Shown: positions 38,293-47,880, counted from the first letter of the stretch. The stretch is 64,000 bases of DNA from Acidobacteriota bacterium (GCA_049968315.1 JBMFRA010000001.1:62044-126043); one strand, 5' to 3'. Notes: generated by a model not told the origin, from the sequence alone. Program-made: numbers and translations.

Positions 38293-38787
38293 TCAGCCGA
38301 TGCGGGGGGGGAAGGCGCTGCGGAGTCGGTGGAAGACCCCCTGCAGGTCCTCGGGAATGACCCGCAGTTCGCCGAAGAGGGTGGTGAAGTTGGTGTCGCC
38401 GGTCCAACGGGGCACGATGTGGAAGTGCAGGTGGTCCAGGATCCCCGCCCCCGCCGCTTCCCCCAGGTTGAGGCCCACGTTGAAGCCGTGGGGGTGGTAG
38501 GTACGCCTCAGCACGTCCTCGCAGCAGGCCACCGCCTCGATGGCGGCGGCGCGGGCCTCGGCGGTGAGCCCCGAGAGGGAATCCACGTGGGCCCGGGGAA
38601 CCACCAGCAGGTGGCCGTTGGTGTAGGGGTACTTGTTGAGGAGGATGGCGGTGGCCTCGTCCCGGTAGACCACCAGGTTGTCCAGGGAAGGCGTTTCCGT
38701 GAAGGCCCGGCAGAAGACGCAGCCCTGGCGCTGTTTGTCGGGGTCCGTCACGTATTGGAGACGCCAGGGGGAGTAAACGATCTCCAT
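38293..38787 (-). CDS. HIT family hydrolase
   Basis: SPWR, CVFC, NKYPYTNGH and HLHFHIVPRW motifs. Confidence 0.93.
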   Translation of the reverse strand: MEIVYSPWRLQYVTDPDKQRQGCVFCRAFTETPSLDNLVVYRDEATAILLNKYPYTNGHLLVVPRAHVDSLSGLTAEARAAAIEAVACCEDVLRRTYHPHGFNVGLNLGEAAGAGILDHLHFHIVPRWTGDTNFTTLFGELRVIPEDLQGVFHRLRSAFPPRIG

Positions 38788-38853
38788 GGCCGCCTTCCCG
38801 CCGGGCGGGCGGGGAACCACCCCGCCCGGCCCTCCGGCGCGTTGCTTGTGCGG

Positions 38854-39129
38854 TCAGCGGTTGACCGCTTCCTTCAGTTCCTTGCCGGCGCGGAAGTAGG
38901 GAACCTTCTTCCGGGATACCTGGACCTTCTCGCCGGTCTTGGGGTTCCGGGCGGTGCGGGCCTCCCGGATCTTCATGCGAAAGGAGCCGAAGCCCCGGAG
39001 TTCCACCTTCTCCCCCTGCTCCAAGGCGTCGGTGACCGCCTTGAAGATGGTGTTCACGATGATCTCCGCCGGCTTCTTGGGCAGGTTGGAACGCTTGGCC
39101 ACCAGTTCGATGAGATCGGCCTTGGTCAT
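38854..39129 (-). CDS. ihfB: Integration host factor beta / HU family
   Basis: VELRGFGSF, ARNPKTG and GKELKE motifs; lies directly after rpsA. Confidence 0.88.
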   Translation of the reverse strand: MTKADLIELVAKRSNLPKKPAEIIVNTIFKAVTDALEQGEKVELRGFGSFRMKIREARTARNPKTGEKVQVSRKKVPYFRAGKELKEAVNR

Positions 39130-39132
39130 GCC

Positions 39133-40914
39133 CTACTCCTCGTCGTTCCTCTGAAAGCCGCTGAAGTCCACCACGTCCCCCAGGCTCACCCGCCCGTCTT
39201 CGGGAGAGGGGCGGTAGGAGCCGTCCTCGTCCTTGTCCCGCATCTGGCGCTCGCGGCGCTGGCCTTCCTTGAGGGAGAGGCCGATGCGCTTCTCGTGGGG
39301 CTCGAGGCGGATGATCTTGAAGGGGTAGGACTGGCCCACCTCCACCACCTCGGAGCAGGTGGTGATGTGCTTGTCGGAGAGTTCGGAGATGTGCACCAGA
39401 CCCTCCACCCCGTCCCCGAGGTCCACGAAGGCCCCGAAGTCCACGATCTTGGTCACCGTTCCGGGGACCACGTCGCCCACGTAATGGGACTGGAAGAACT
39501 GGTCCCAGATGTCGGGCTGGAGCGCCTTGATGCTCAGGGAAAGGCGCTGGTTGACGGCGTCGATGTTGGTGATGACCGCCTCCACTTCGTCGCCCTTCTT
39601 CAGGATCTCGCTGGGGTGGCTGATCCGTTTCCAGGAGAGGTCGGAGATGTGGACCAGTCCGTCCACGCCGTCCAGGACCTCCACGAAGACGCCGAAGTCG
39701 GTGATGTTCCGGACCTTGCCCCGGACCCGGTCCCCCTCCCGGTAGGTTTCGGTGATGATGTCCCAGGGGTTGGGCTCGGCCTGCTTGAGGCCCAGGGAGA
39801 TGCGCTGGGCCTCGGGGTCCACGTCCAGCACCACCACCTCCACCATGTCGCCCACGTTGAGGACGGCGGAGGGGTGCTTCACCTTCTTGGTCCAGGACAT
39901 CTCGGAGACGTGGATCATCCCCTCGATTCCCGGCTCCAGCTCGACGAAGGCGCCGTAGTTGGTCAGGGAGATGACCTGGCCCCGCACCTTCATGCCGATG
40001 GGGTACTTCTCCGCCACGTTGGTCCAGGGGGAGGGCTCCAGCTGCTTGAAGCCCAGCTGGAGCTTGCCGGTCTCCTCGTCGAAGTTGAGGACCAGCACGT
40101 CCACCTGGTCCCCCACCTGGAAGATCTCGGAGGGGTGGTTCACGCGCTTCCAGGACATGTCGGTCACGTGCAGCAGGCCGTCGATGCCGCCGAGGTCCAC
40201 GAAGGCGCCGAAGTTGGTGAGGTTCTTGATGGTCCCCCGGAGGGGCATGCCCTTCTGGATGGCCTCCAGGATGCGTTCCTTCTGCACGGAGACCTTTTCT
40301 TCGAGGTAGGCCTTCCGGGAGAGGACGATGTTGCCCCGCTTCCGGTTGACCTTGATGACCTTCATCTCGACCTCCTGGCCCTTGAGGGCGCGGAGGTTTC
40401 GGATGGGCTGCAGATCCACCAGGGATCCGGGGAGGAAGGCGCGGACCCCCACGTCCACCGCCAGGCCGCCCTTCACCCGGTCCAGGATGATGCCCTTGAT
40501 GGGGCGGCCCTCCTTGTAGGCGCGCTCCACCTCTTCCCAGGCCTTCATCTTCTGGGCCTTGACCTTGCTGAGGACCACGTGGCCGTTCTGGTCCTCCAGG
40601 CGCTCGAGGAAGACCTCCACCTCGTCGCCGGGGGCAACGGTCATCTCGCCCAGGGCGTTGAGGAACTCCTCCTTGGGCACCACCCCTTCGCTCTTGAGGC
40701 CGACGTCCACCAGGACGTCGGTGGGGGTGATGGCCACCACCTTCCCCCGGATGAGGTGGCGCTCGCTGTGGTCCGCCGCCTGGCTCTTGAGGAGAGCCCC
40801 CATATCCACCCGGCTCTCTTCCCCGATGTTGTCGGAGCTGAGCTCGAGCCACTCCTGGGGCACCTCGAAGGGCGCACCCGGACCCTTCGGGTCCCTTTCT
40901 TCCGTAACCGACAT
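39133..40914 (-). CDS. rpsA: 30S ribosomal protein S1
   Basis: Six S1 repeats (FGAFV...GLxHxSxLSW). Confidence 0.97.
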   Translation of the reverse strand: MSVTEERDPKGPGAPFEVPQEWLELSSDNIGEESRVDMGALLKSQAADHSERHLIRGKVVAITPTDVLVDVGLKSEGVVPKEEFLNALGEMTVAPGDEVEVFLERLEDQNGHVVLSKVKAQKMKAWEEVERAYKEGRPIKGIILDRVKGGLAVDVGVRAFLPGSLVDLQPIRNLRALKGQEVEMKVIKVNRKRGNIVLSRKAYLEEKVSVQKERILEAIQKGMPLRGTIKNLTNFGAFVDLGGIDGLLHVTDMSWKRVNHPSEIFQVGDQVDVLVLNFDEETGKLQLGFKQLEPSPWTNVAEKYPIGMKVRGQVISLTNYGAFVELEPGIEGMIHVSEMSWTKKVKHPSAVLNVGDMVEVVVLDVDPEAQRISLGLKQAEPNPWDIITETYREGDRVRGKVRNITDFGVFVEVLDGVDGLVHISDLSWKRISHPSEILKKGDEVEAVITNIDAVNQRLSLSIKALQPDIWDQFFQSHYVGDVVPGTVTKIVDFGAFVDLGDGVEGLVHISELSDKHITTCSEVVEVGQSYPFKIIRLEPHEKRIGLSLKEGQRRERQMRDKDEDGSYRPSPEDGRVSLGDVVDFSGFQRNDEE

Positions 40915-40973
40915 GTACGTGTACCTCCCGGACTTGGATTTGGCTTCCCGCCCGAAGGCGGAAGCCTTGGGGA

Positions 40974-41002
40974 AGTCTACCGGAAAAGCGCCGGAAAGTC
41001 AA
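40974..41002 (-). promoter_or_regulatory. Sigma70-type promoter of rpsA
   Basis: TTGACT-17nt-TAGACT on the minus strand. Confidence 0.65.
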
Positions 41003-41139
41003 CGAGATGGAGGGGGAAAAAGGGGAGAGGGGGGACGGGGGAGGAGCGAAGGGGAGGAAGGGACCAGCCTTTTTCCACCGGCGTTTTCGCCTCTTTCTTC
41101 CTTTTGCCCAGGCGCAGAGCCTGCCGGCGCCCGCCGGCT

Positions 41140-41718
41140 TCAGAACTCGATGCCCTCCCGGGCGGGGACGCCGGCGTCGAAGTAGTGCTTGATTTTCCGC
41201 ATTTCGGTGACGAGGTCGGCGGCCTCGAGGACCGCCGTGAGGCGCGTCCTGCCGGAGAGCACCAGCTCGGCACGCCCCCGTTCCTTCCAAAGGCCGATGA
41301 TCCCCAGGATCTCCTCCTCCCTAAGGAGCCGGTACCGTTGGGCCGAGAGGATTTCGTCGAGGATGACCAGGCCGAAATCGGGGGAGGCCACCGCCTCCCG
41401 GGCCAGCGCCAGGCCCCTCTGGGCCTCCGCCAGGTCCTCCTCCGTGACCCCGAAGCGGAAGGTGCCGTCGGGGCGGATCCGCTCGCAGCCCGTGGGATCG
41501 AGCCGCAGGCCGGAGAGGGTTCTCAAGACCTTCCGTTCGGCGTAGTGCTCGTGGGTCCCGTCGAAGCCCTTGTCGAACTGGATCATCCAGACCCGCCTGC
41601 CGGCCCCCAGGGCCCGCACGGCCAGCCCGATGCAGGCGGTGGTCTTCCCCTTCCCGTCCCCGGTGTAGACGTGGAGCCGCGGGGCATCGGGGTTCTCGGC
41701 AATGGGCCTCGGGGTCAT
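41140..41718 (-). CDS. btuR: Cob(I)alamin adenosyltransferase (CobA/CobO/BtuR family)
   Basis: YTGDGKGKTT, ILDEI and ADLVTEM...KHYF...AREGIEF motifs. Confidence 0.9.
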   Translation of the reverse strand: MTPRPIAENPDAPRLHVYTGDGKGKTTACIGLAVRALGAGRRVWMIQFDKGFDGTHEHYAERKVLRTLSGLRLDPTGCERIRPDGTFRFGVTEEDLAEAQRGLALAREAVASPDFGLVILDEILSAQRYRLLREEEILGIIGLWKERGRAELVLSGRTRLTAVLEAADLVTEMRKIKHYFDAGVPAREGIEF

Positions 41719-41730
41719 GGCGCGCCTCTT

Positions 41731-42222
41731 TCACGAAGGGGGAGCGAAACGGGGCGGGATCCCCCCCACCACCAGGGTGTCCCCCCGGCGGACGCCGTGG
41801 CGCCGGCAGAAGCCGCCGTTCACCTCCAGGACGTGGCGGATGGGGAGGCCGGGGGAGTAGTTGGGGCAGGGGTCGGCGGGGCAGGGGGGGACCTCCTCCG
41901 AAATGTCGGCGATCCGGAAGGAAGCGTCCAGCCACAACAGGTCCAAGGCAATCTTGCAGTTCTTCATCCAGAAGGGTCGAACCTCGTCGGTGTCGAAGAG
42001 GAAGAGCATCCCCCGGTCCTCGGGGAGGTCCTCCACGAACATGAGGCCCCGGGCCTGATCGAGAGGCGTCAGGGCCAGGTCCACCCGGACGGTGGTGCCG
42101 TCGGGGAAGACCACCCAGGGCGAGGACACGGCATCCTGGGTGCCGGTGCCGGAAGGAGGCGGTGGGGCGGGAGAACAGCCCCCCGCCAGGAGGAGGGCGA
42201 GGAGGAGGGCGGCGGGCTTCAC
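41731..42222 (-). CDS. DUF192 family lipoprotein
   Basis: Signal with AGGC; ARGLMF, GMLFLF, FWMKN and VLEVNGG motifs. Confidence 0.88.
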   Translation of the reverse strand: MKPAALLLALLLAGGCSPAPPPPSGTGTQDAVSSPWVVFPDGTTVRVDLALTPLDQARGLMFVEDLPEDRGMLFLFDTDEVRPFWMKNCKIALDLLWLDASFRIADISEEVPPCPADPCPNYSPGLPIRHVLEVNGGFCRRHGVRRGDTLVVGGIPPRFAPPS

Positions 42223-42776
42223 GGGAGCCTCGGCGCCTCGCGGATCCAACTCCGCATGCGGAAGAGGTAGTGAAACCCCGAAAAAACGGTGAAAAAGGCC
42301 ACCGCCCCCATGAGGAGGCGGGCGGCCCCGCCGGGAAAGCCGAAGGAGTTCTGCAGAAGGACCGCCACGGCGTAGGCGATCTGCGCGAAGGTCGTACACT
42401 TCCCCGGAAGGGAGGGGGGGAAGGAGCGGATCCCGAAGGAGAGGTTCAGGATGAGGGAGAGGGTCACGATGATGACGTCCCGGGCGATGGTGAGAACGGG
42501 GACCCAGACGGGAATGGGGTGGGTGATGCCCGTCTCCGGAAGGGCCAGGGCCACGTAGGTGGCCGTCAGCATCAGCTTGTCGGCCATGGGGTCCAGGAAG
42601 GCGCCCAGCTCGGAGCGCTGGTCGAAGAACCGGGCGATGAAGCCGTCCAGTGCGTCGGTGAGACCGGCCCCCACGAAGAGGAAGAGGGCCGCGGTGGGGT
42701 GGCCGTAGACCACCGCCAGGATGAAGAGCGGGATCAGCGCGATCCTCAGGACCGACAGGAGGTTGGGAATGGTCAT
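42219..42776 (-). CDS. CDP-alcohol phosphatidyltransferase (second paralogue)
   Basis: TIPNLLS and DALDGFIAR...GAFLDPMADK motifs. Confidence 0.9.
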   Translation of the reverse strand: MTIPNLLSVLRIALIPLFILAVVYGHPTAALFLFVGAGLTDALDGFIARFFDQRSELGAFLDPMADKLMLTATYVALALPETGITHPIPVWVPVLTIARDVIIVTLSLILNLSFGIRSFPPSLPGKCTTFAQIAYAVAVLLQNSFGFPGGAARLLMGAVAFFTVFSGFHYLFRMRSWIREAPRLP

Positions 42777-42813
42777 GCGCCCGGCCCGCTCCCCAATGGT
42801 GTCAAAGGAAGGG

Positions 42814-43698
42814 TCACTCCAGGGAGTCGCCCACCTGGGCTTGGCCCCCGCCCTCCACCACGCCGATGGAGAGGTGCTCGCCGATGATCTTCGTCACGGT
42901 GACCGTGCCGATCCGCGTCTTCTCCTGCCCCAGAACCTTGCCGGTCTCGGGGTCGGTGATGGTCTCCCCGACGCGGAAGAGCTTGAACTGCTGGCCTTCC
43001 TTGATCCCGTCGGTGCTTCCGAGGTTGAGGTAGACCTTGCCCTCCGAGACCTTCGCCACCTTGCCGGTGACCAGCGCCGCGGCCCCCAGCCCCTCCTTGA
43101 GGGCTTCGGTGCTCTGGACGATCTTCTGGGCCAGGCGGTCCACCGCCGGCTGGAAGATCTTCCGCGCCTGCGACTCGTCCCAGTCGGTTCCGCCGCCGAT
43201 GCCGGCGATGCGCACCTTTCCGAAGGAGGTGGTCCCCGATTCACTCCCGGTGAAGAGAATCTCCCCCGTGGTGGTGTTCACCAGCCGAAGGCTCAACGTC
43301 CCTTCGGCGGTGGTCTTGCCAAAGTCCACGCCGACCTTGAAGAAGGCCTCCCCGCCGGACTTCCGGATGGAGAAGTCGGTGACGGCGCCCAGGACCACCA
43401 GCTGGCAGCCCAGCAGTTTCCCCACCTTGACGGCGGTCTTGTCGTCGATGGCCCCCGAGAGGGAGAGTTCCTGCTCCTGGAGGACCGACTCCAGCTCCTT
43501 GCGCTCGATGACCCGGAACTGCCCCGACTGGACCAGCTTTTCCACCAGCCAGTCCTCGATGGCCGGCCCCAGGCGGCCGTGGCCGTACTGGGACTCGTTG
43601 CGGATCTTGAGAACGGCGATCCTCGGCTTCTGGGCAAAGGCCGAGAGGGTAAGGGCGGCACAAAATGCGACCAGCACGAAAAGGCTGAGGCGCTTCAT
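42814..43698 (-). CDS. Secreted CsgG/HfaB-family protein with an FlgT-C-like domain
   Basis: Signal peptide; KPRIAV, FRVIERKELESVLQEQ, GKLLG and LRLVNTTTGEI (CsgG-like); then VYLNLGSTDGIKEG...ITDPETGKVLG (FlgT-C-like). Confidence 0.8.
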   Translation of the reverse strand: MKRLSLFVLVAFCAALTLSAFAQKPRIAVLKIRNESQYGHGRLGPAIEDWLVEKLVQSGQFRVIERKELESVLQEQELSLSGAIDDKTAVKVGKLLGCQLVVLGAVTDFSIRKSGGEAFFKVGVDFGKTTAEGTLSLRLVNTTTGEILFTGSESGTTSFGKVRIAGIGGGTDWDESQARKIFQPAVDRLAQKIVQSTEALKEGLGAAALVTGKVAKVSEGKVYLNLGSTDGIKEGQQFKLFRVGETITDPETGKVLGQEKTRIGTVTVTKIIGEHLSIGVVEGGGQAQVGDSLE

Positions 43699-43719
43699 GG
43701 CTTACCTCCTCGAGAACCC

Positions 43720-43749
43720 AGGATACAGGCCTCAAAAGGCCACTGTCAA
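43720..43749 (-). promoter_or_regulatory. Internal sigma70-type promoter for the CsgG-like gene
   Basis: TTGACA-18nt-TATCCT followed by an AGGAGG RBS. Confidence 0.55.
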
Positions 43750-44805
43750 ACGGTTGGCGCTCTGGGATACGATCTTGGCCCGGGGCCATAGCTTTCGGAC
43801 CTCCTGGGCCAGGTCCGAGGCGTCGCCCTGCATGGAAACGCCCAGGGTGGCACCCTCGGGGGACGATTCCCGCACCACCGCCTCTTGAATGCCGCGGCCC
43901 TCCGCCAGGAGGCGCTTGGCCACCTCTTGGGCCTTCCCGCCGCCTCCCTGGATCTCCAGCGTGAGCATGCGGGTGGAGGAGGACTCCTTGGCCCACTGGG
44001 TGGTGATCTGCCGCACGAGGTCGTTTCCGGCCACCATGGCGGCCTGGCGGGAGGCCTCCTGGAAGCCGGCCTCCCCGACGTGGACGGCGGTGCCGCTGCC
44101 GGAGGCGGTGCCCAGGAGTTCCCGGGTATCGGCCTTGAGGGCCTTCAGGGAGAGGGCCGCCTGGTAGGAGGTGAGGTTGGACTTCCTCACCCTCCCGCCG
44201 GCGCCGCCGGAGACCTTCCCCAGCACCACCACCTCGGCGCCATAGCGCTTCAGGAGGTCGGTCTGGCCGCCCTCGCCCATTCCCCAGAAGGAGGCGCCTC
44301 CCGCGCTCTCCGGCGCCTCCACCACCAGGAATCCCTTGTCCCGGAAGAGGCGTTCCAGGACCGACTTGGCCGTCCCCTGGTCGTCCTCGACGGCAACCGC
44401 CAGGCGGGGCATCTTCATCCGTCTGAGGAGGAGCCCCAGAGAGCCGAGGTCATCGGCCAGGTTGCCCTCCCGGACCTCCGCTTCCACCGTGACGCTGTAC
44501 AGGTTGGCTTCCAGGTCGGGCTTTTCCGAGAGGATCCGGTAGTTGGCCACGTACCCCCGGGTCTGGGTGAAGATCTTGTCCGCGAGGAGCGCATTGTTCT
44601 GCACCAGCGTCTCCGAGTCCACCAGGGTCCCGATGACCTGCTCCACGGCGTTGCGGAGGGCGCTCTCCAGGGCCCGGTCCCGCGCCTTGGCGGCATCGCC
44701 CCCGAGGACCGCCGCCGTTCCGGTGGCGGTGACGCGGCTCTGGGCCGGGGCCGCCAGCGACGCCGCGAGAAGGAGCATGCCGAAGAAAACCAGTCGGTGC
44801 TTCAT
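43732..44805 (-). CDS. Secreted protein with an FlgT N-terminal-like domain
   Basis: Signal peptide; VTATGTA...ARDRALESALRNAVEQVIGTLVDSETLV...YSVTVEAEV, then an alpha/beta middle domain. Confidence 0.72.
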   Translation of the reverse strand: MKHRLVFFGMLLLAASLAAPAQSRVTATGTAAVLGGDAAKARDRALESALRNAVEQVIGTLVDSETLVQNNALLADKIFTQTRGYVANYRILSEKPDLEANLYSVTVEAEVREGNLADDLGSLGLLLRRMKMPRLAVAVEDDQGTAKSVLERLFRDKGFLVVEAPESAGGASFWGMGEGGQTDLLKRYGAEVVVLGKVSGGAGGRVRKSNLTSYQAALSLKALKADTRELLGTASGSGTAVHVGEAGFQEASRQAAMVAGNDLVRQITTQWAKESSSTRMLTLEIQGGGGKAQEVAKRLLAEGRGIQEAVVRESSPEGATLGVSMQGDASDLAQEVRKLWPRAKIVSQSANRLTVAF

Positions 44806-44842
44806 GGACCACCTCCGTTCGTGAAGGTCGTTTCTTTTCATT

Positions 44843-46697
44843 CTACTCTCCTTGGATCTCCGCGGACCCCGCCGGCGGCTGCGGCCGGCCCCGCCGTCTT
44901 CCCCGGATCCGTACCACCGGAATGGGGTCGGCCTTCCCCTTGACGGTGACCGGATCCATGGGTTCCCAGTCGTAGGTTTCGTCGAAGCCGGGGATGGCGG
45001 CCCGCAGGCGGTCGGGAAGGATCACGTCGTCCCGTACCGCCAGCCCCTGCAGGCGGGAGGCGAGGTTCACCGTGTCCCCGATGACGGTGTAGGCGAAGTT
45101 GGTCTTGGATCCGTTGTTCCCGACCACCACCGGCCCCGCATTCACCGCCACGCCGATGTGGAGCGGGGGCTTACCCTCGGCGGCGAAGCGCTCCCTGAGG
45201 AGGGCGGCCCGCTCCTGCATGGACACGGCGCAGGAGACGGCGCGGCTCGTGTGGTCCTCCATGGCCAACGGGTCGCCGAAGAAGGCCAGGATGGCGTCGC
45301 CGATGAACTTGTCCAGGGTGCCGTCGTGGGCGAAGAGGACCTCGGTCATCTCGGTGAAGTACTCGTTGAGGAGGGCGCTCACCTGCTCCGGGGGGAGCCG
45401 TTCCGAGAGGGAGGTGAAGCCCCGGATGTCGGAGAAGAGGATGGAGAGCTCCTTGCGCCGTCCCCCCAGCTGGACGAGTCCGGGGTTCTGGAGGAGGGTC
45501 CTCGCCACGTTGGGGGAGACGTACCGGCTGAAGAGGCGCTCCACCTCCCGCCTTCCCCGGTAGTCGGCCACCCGGTGGTAGGCGAAGGACCCGGCGGCGT
45601 AGGCCATGGCCGAGAGGAGAAGGGCCAGCAGGGGAAGGGGGCGGCCGGCCCGCACGGCGAGGAGCCCCGCCCCCCCCGAGGATCCCCAGCAGCCCCATCC
45701 AGAGGGCGAGGGCGGTGAAGGGCCTCAGCGCCCATCCGGTGAGGAGGACCGCGAGGAGGACGAGGGCGGCCCACAGGAACGCCAGGGCCTTTCCTCCGAG
45801 GGGAAGGATCTCCTCGCCGTCGAGGAGCGCCTCCAGGGCCTGGCCGTGGACCTCGACCCCGGCCATGGTGTGGCTGCGCAGTTCACCGCTCCCGTGGCTC
45901 CTGGCGGGGAGGGGGACGGAGAAGAAATCGTGCTGGCTCGGCCTCGTGGAGCCGACGAGCACGACCTTGTTTCGCACCGGCTGGAGGGAGGGCCCGCCCT
46001 TGAGCACCTCCGCGAAGGAGAGGCGGGGCAGGGAGCCGTCGCCCCCCCGGAAGGGGATCCACCAGCCGGTGCCGTCGGTTCGGAAGGGGTGGTCCTCCAG
46101 CCAGAGGGTGCCCCCCTCCCACCGGGCCTGGGGGGGCTTCCCCGGGAACCAGAGGAGGCGGGCGCAGGCCAGGGCCAGGGGAAGGGGGCCCGTGCGCCCG
46201 TCCCCCTGGAGGTACGGAGGGGGCAGCCGGCGGAAGATCCCGTCGCGGTCCGAGAGGAGGTCGATGGAGCCCAGGGCCACCGCCCGGCGGCGGAAGCGCT
46301 CCAGCGGGTAGAGTCCGTTTCCGGGGCTGCACGCCAGCACCGTATCCACCCGCGCCAGGGCTGCCTCCAGGGCTCCGTCCTCCCCTTCCTCCCGGGGCTC
46401 CAGGAAGAGGACGTCCAAGGCCACCAGCGAGGCACCGGCGTCCCAGAGGCGCCCCAAGAGGGCGGCGTACTCGGAGCGGGTGGGGTTGCGCCCTCCCAGG
46501 GAACGGAAATCCTCGTCGGAGAGGGTGACCAGAAGGACCTTTCCCGAAGGGGGGCGGCTTCGGGCCCGGAGGAGAATGTCGTAGAGGCGCCCTTCCATCC
46601 CCTGGACGGCCCCGAAGGCCAGGGGGAGGACCACCCCGAGGGTCAGGGCGAGGCCCGTCAGCAGGCCTCCCCGGCGGAAGGGGGGAAGGGTCGCCAT
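44843..46697 (-). pseudogene. CHASE2-domain class III adenylate cyclase, frameshifted in a G8 run (real lesion, switch or sequencing error)
   Basis: CHASE2 motifs LDVLF, DRDGIFRR, NKVVLVG and MAGVEVH plus TM helices are in one frame. The cyclase core FSDIRGFT, DKFIGDA and YTVIGDTVNLASRL is in another. Deleting one base at 45670-45677 joins them. Confidence 0.85.
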
Positions 46698-46704
46698 GGG
46701 CCCC

Positions 46705-47757
46705 TCAGCGAGCCGTGAGCCAGAGGTCCCCTCCGGAGGCGGGGGTGAACCTGCGGCCCTCGACGCCGCCGACGTCGGGACGAACGATGACCCGGACCTT
46801 TCCATCCCTAAGGATCCCCGACTGCCGGTCGGCCTCCTGGAGACGGGCGGCCTCCTCCTTCGTCACGACCACGTCGGCCCGCAGGGCTCCGCGGGCCGCG
46901 GCGGCCCGGACCACCAGGCCTTCCTCCCCCCGGGGGCGGGGCGAGGGCTCCCGCTGGGCCGTCTCCAGGGGCGGCCGGGCGATGAGGGCCAGGGTGAGGA
47001 GGGGAGAGGTGAAGAAGCCCGGACCGAAGGTTCCCTGGGGTTCCGGGGGGGCGGTGACGTAACGGGCGAGCATGGCCTCCCGGGCCCTCGAGGGCTTGAC
47101 GGTCTTGGGACCGTAGACCTCGTTTCCCTGGGGATCGACGATCCGCATCTGGAGGGCCGGTTTGAGGCCCGCCTCCCGCCCATCCACCGTCACGGCCCCG
47201 AAGGAGGCGAGGGAGGAGGGGGCGGGGGCTTGGGAAGGGGCCGGCGGCGGAGCCGAGGATTCCCGGGAACGGGCCTGGGGGGGCGGCGGGGGAGGAGGCG
47301 CCTCCGGCTCGGGCGGAAGGGTCACCACCGCCACCTCGGAGGCGATGCCGTGGACCCCGTTGATGGGGACCTCCAAGGCCACGACGGTCCGGTCCCCCCG
47401 CGTCTCCTCCGAAAGGACCTTCCCTCCCTGGACGATCCCCCGGACCCGGACCTTCAGGGCCTCGAAGGACTCCAGGCGCCGCTCGGCGTCCACGGGGAGG
47501 CGCAGGGCCAGACGCAGCGCGGCGGCCTGGGCCTTGACCAGCGCCGTGCGGCGGGACTCCACCAGGGCCTGGGCCCGGGGAACCCCGGCGGTCAGAGGCA
47601 CCGACGCCTCGGTGCGGATCCACCCGGCGTCCCAGTCCACCGTTCCATCGGGGAGGCTCTCCCGGTAGGGGGCCAGGGCGGGCTCCCCGGTGAGGGCCGT
47701 GAGGGCGATCAGAAGCAGGCCTCCAAAGGCCGCAGCGGATTTGATGCGAGGGCGCAT
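46705..47757 (-). CDS. Secreted LPP20-like protein with a Pro-rich linker
   Basis: Signal-like N-terminus; GTVDWDAGWIR...RRTALVKAQ and VTVDGR...KPALQMRIVDPQGNEVYG. Confidence 0.62.
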   Translation of the reverse strand: MRPRIKSAAAFGGLLLIALTALTGEPALAPYRESLPDGTVDWDAGWIRTEASVPLTAGVPRAQALVESRRTALVKAQAAALRLALRLPVDAERRLESFEALKVRVRGIVQGGKVLSEETRGDRTVVALEVPINGVHGIASEVAVVTLPPEPEAPPPPPPPQARSRESSAPPPAPSQAPAPSSLASFGAVTVDGREAGLKPALQMRIVDPQGNEVYGPKTVKPSRAREAMLARYVTAPPEPQGTFGPGFFTSPLLTLALIARPPLETAQREPSPRPRGEEGLVVRAAAARGALRADVVVTKEEAARLQEADRQSGILRDGKVRVIVRPDVGGVEGRRFTPASGGDLWLTAR

Positions 47758-47825
47758 GCCTTTCCCCTCCTTTTGGAGAGAGGGTATCACCTCTCCGGGG
47801 AATGGGAAGGGGCGGCAAGGGGCTT

Positions 47826-47841
47826 TGTGACGGAAATCACG
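47826..47841. promoter_or_regulatory. CRP-type binding site
   Basis: TGTGA-CGGAAA-TCACG, a 9/10 match to TGTGA-N6-TCACA, in the gap between the crp-like gene and the LPP20-like gene. Confidence 0.72.
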
Positions 47842-47880
47842 CCCCGGGGGCCTGACGGCGGACCTCGCCGGTGAAGGTAA

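Noticed and set aside
41005-41065. Purine/G-rich tract upstream of the rpsA promoter as a G-quadruplex element
   Set aside because: G-runs are common throughout this GC-rich window, and nothing specific supports a function.
37330-42270. 1646-aa plus-strand ORF and many other long ORFs in the track (e.g. 29..1738, 11841..14813, 18108..21041)
   Set aside because: These are antisense or off-frame shadows of real genes, expected at this GC content; they carry no recognisable motifs.
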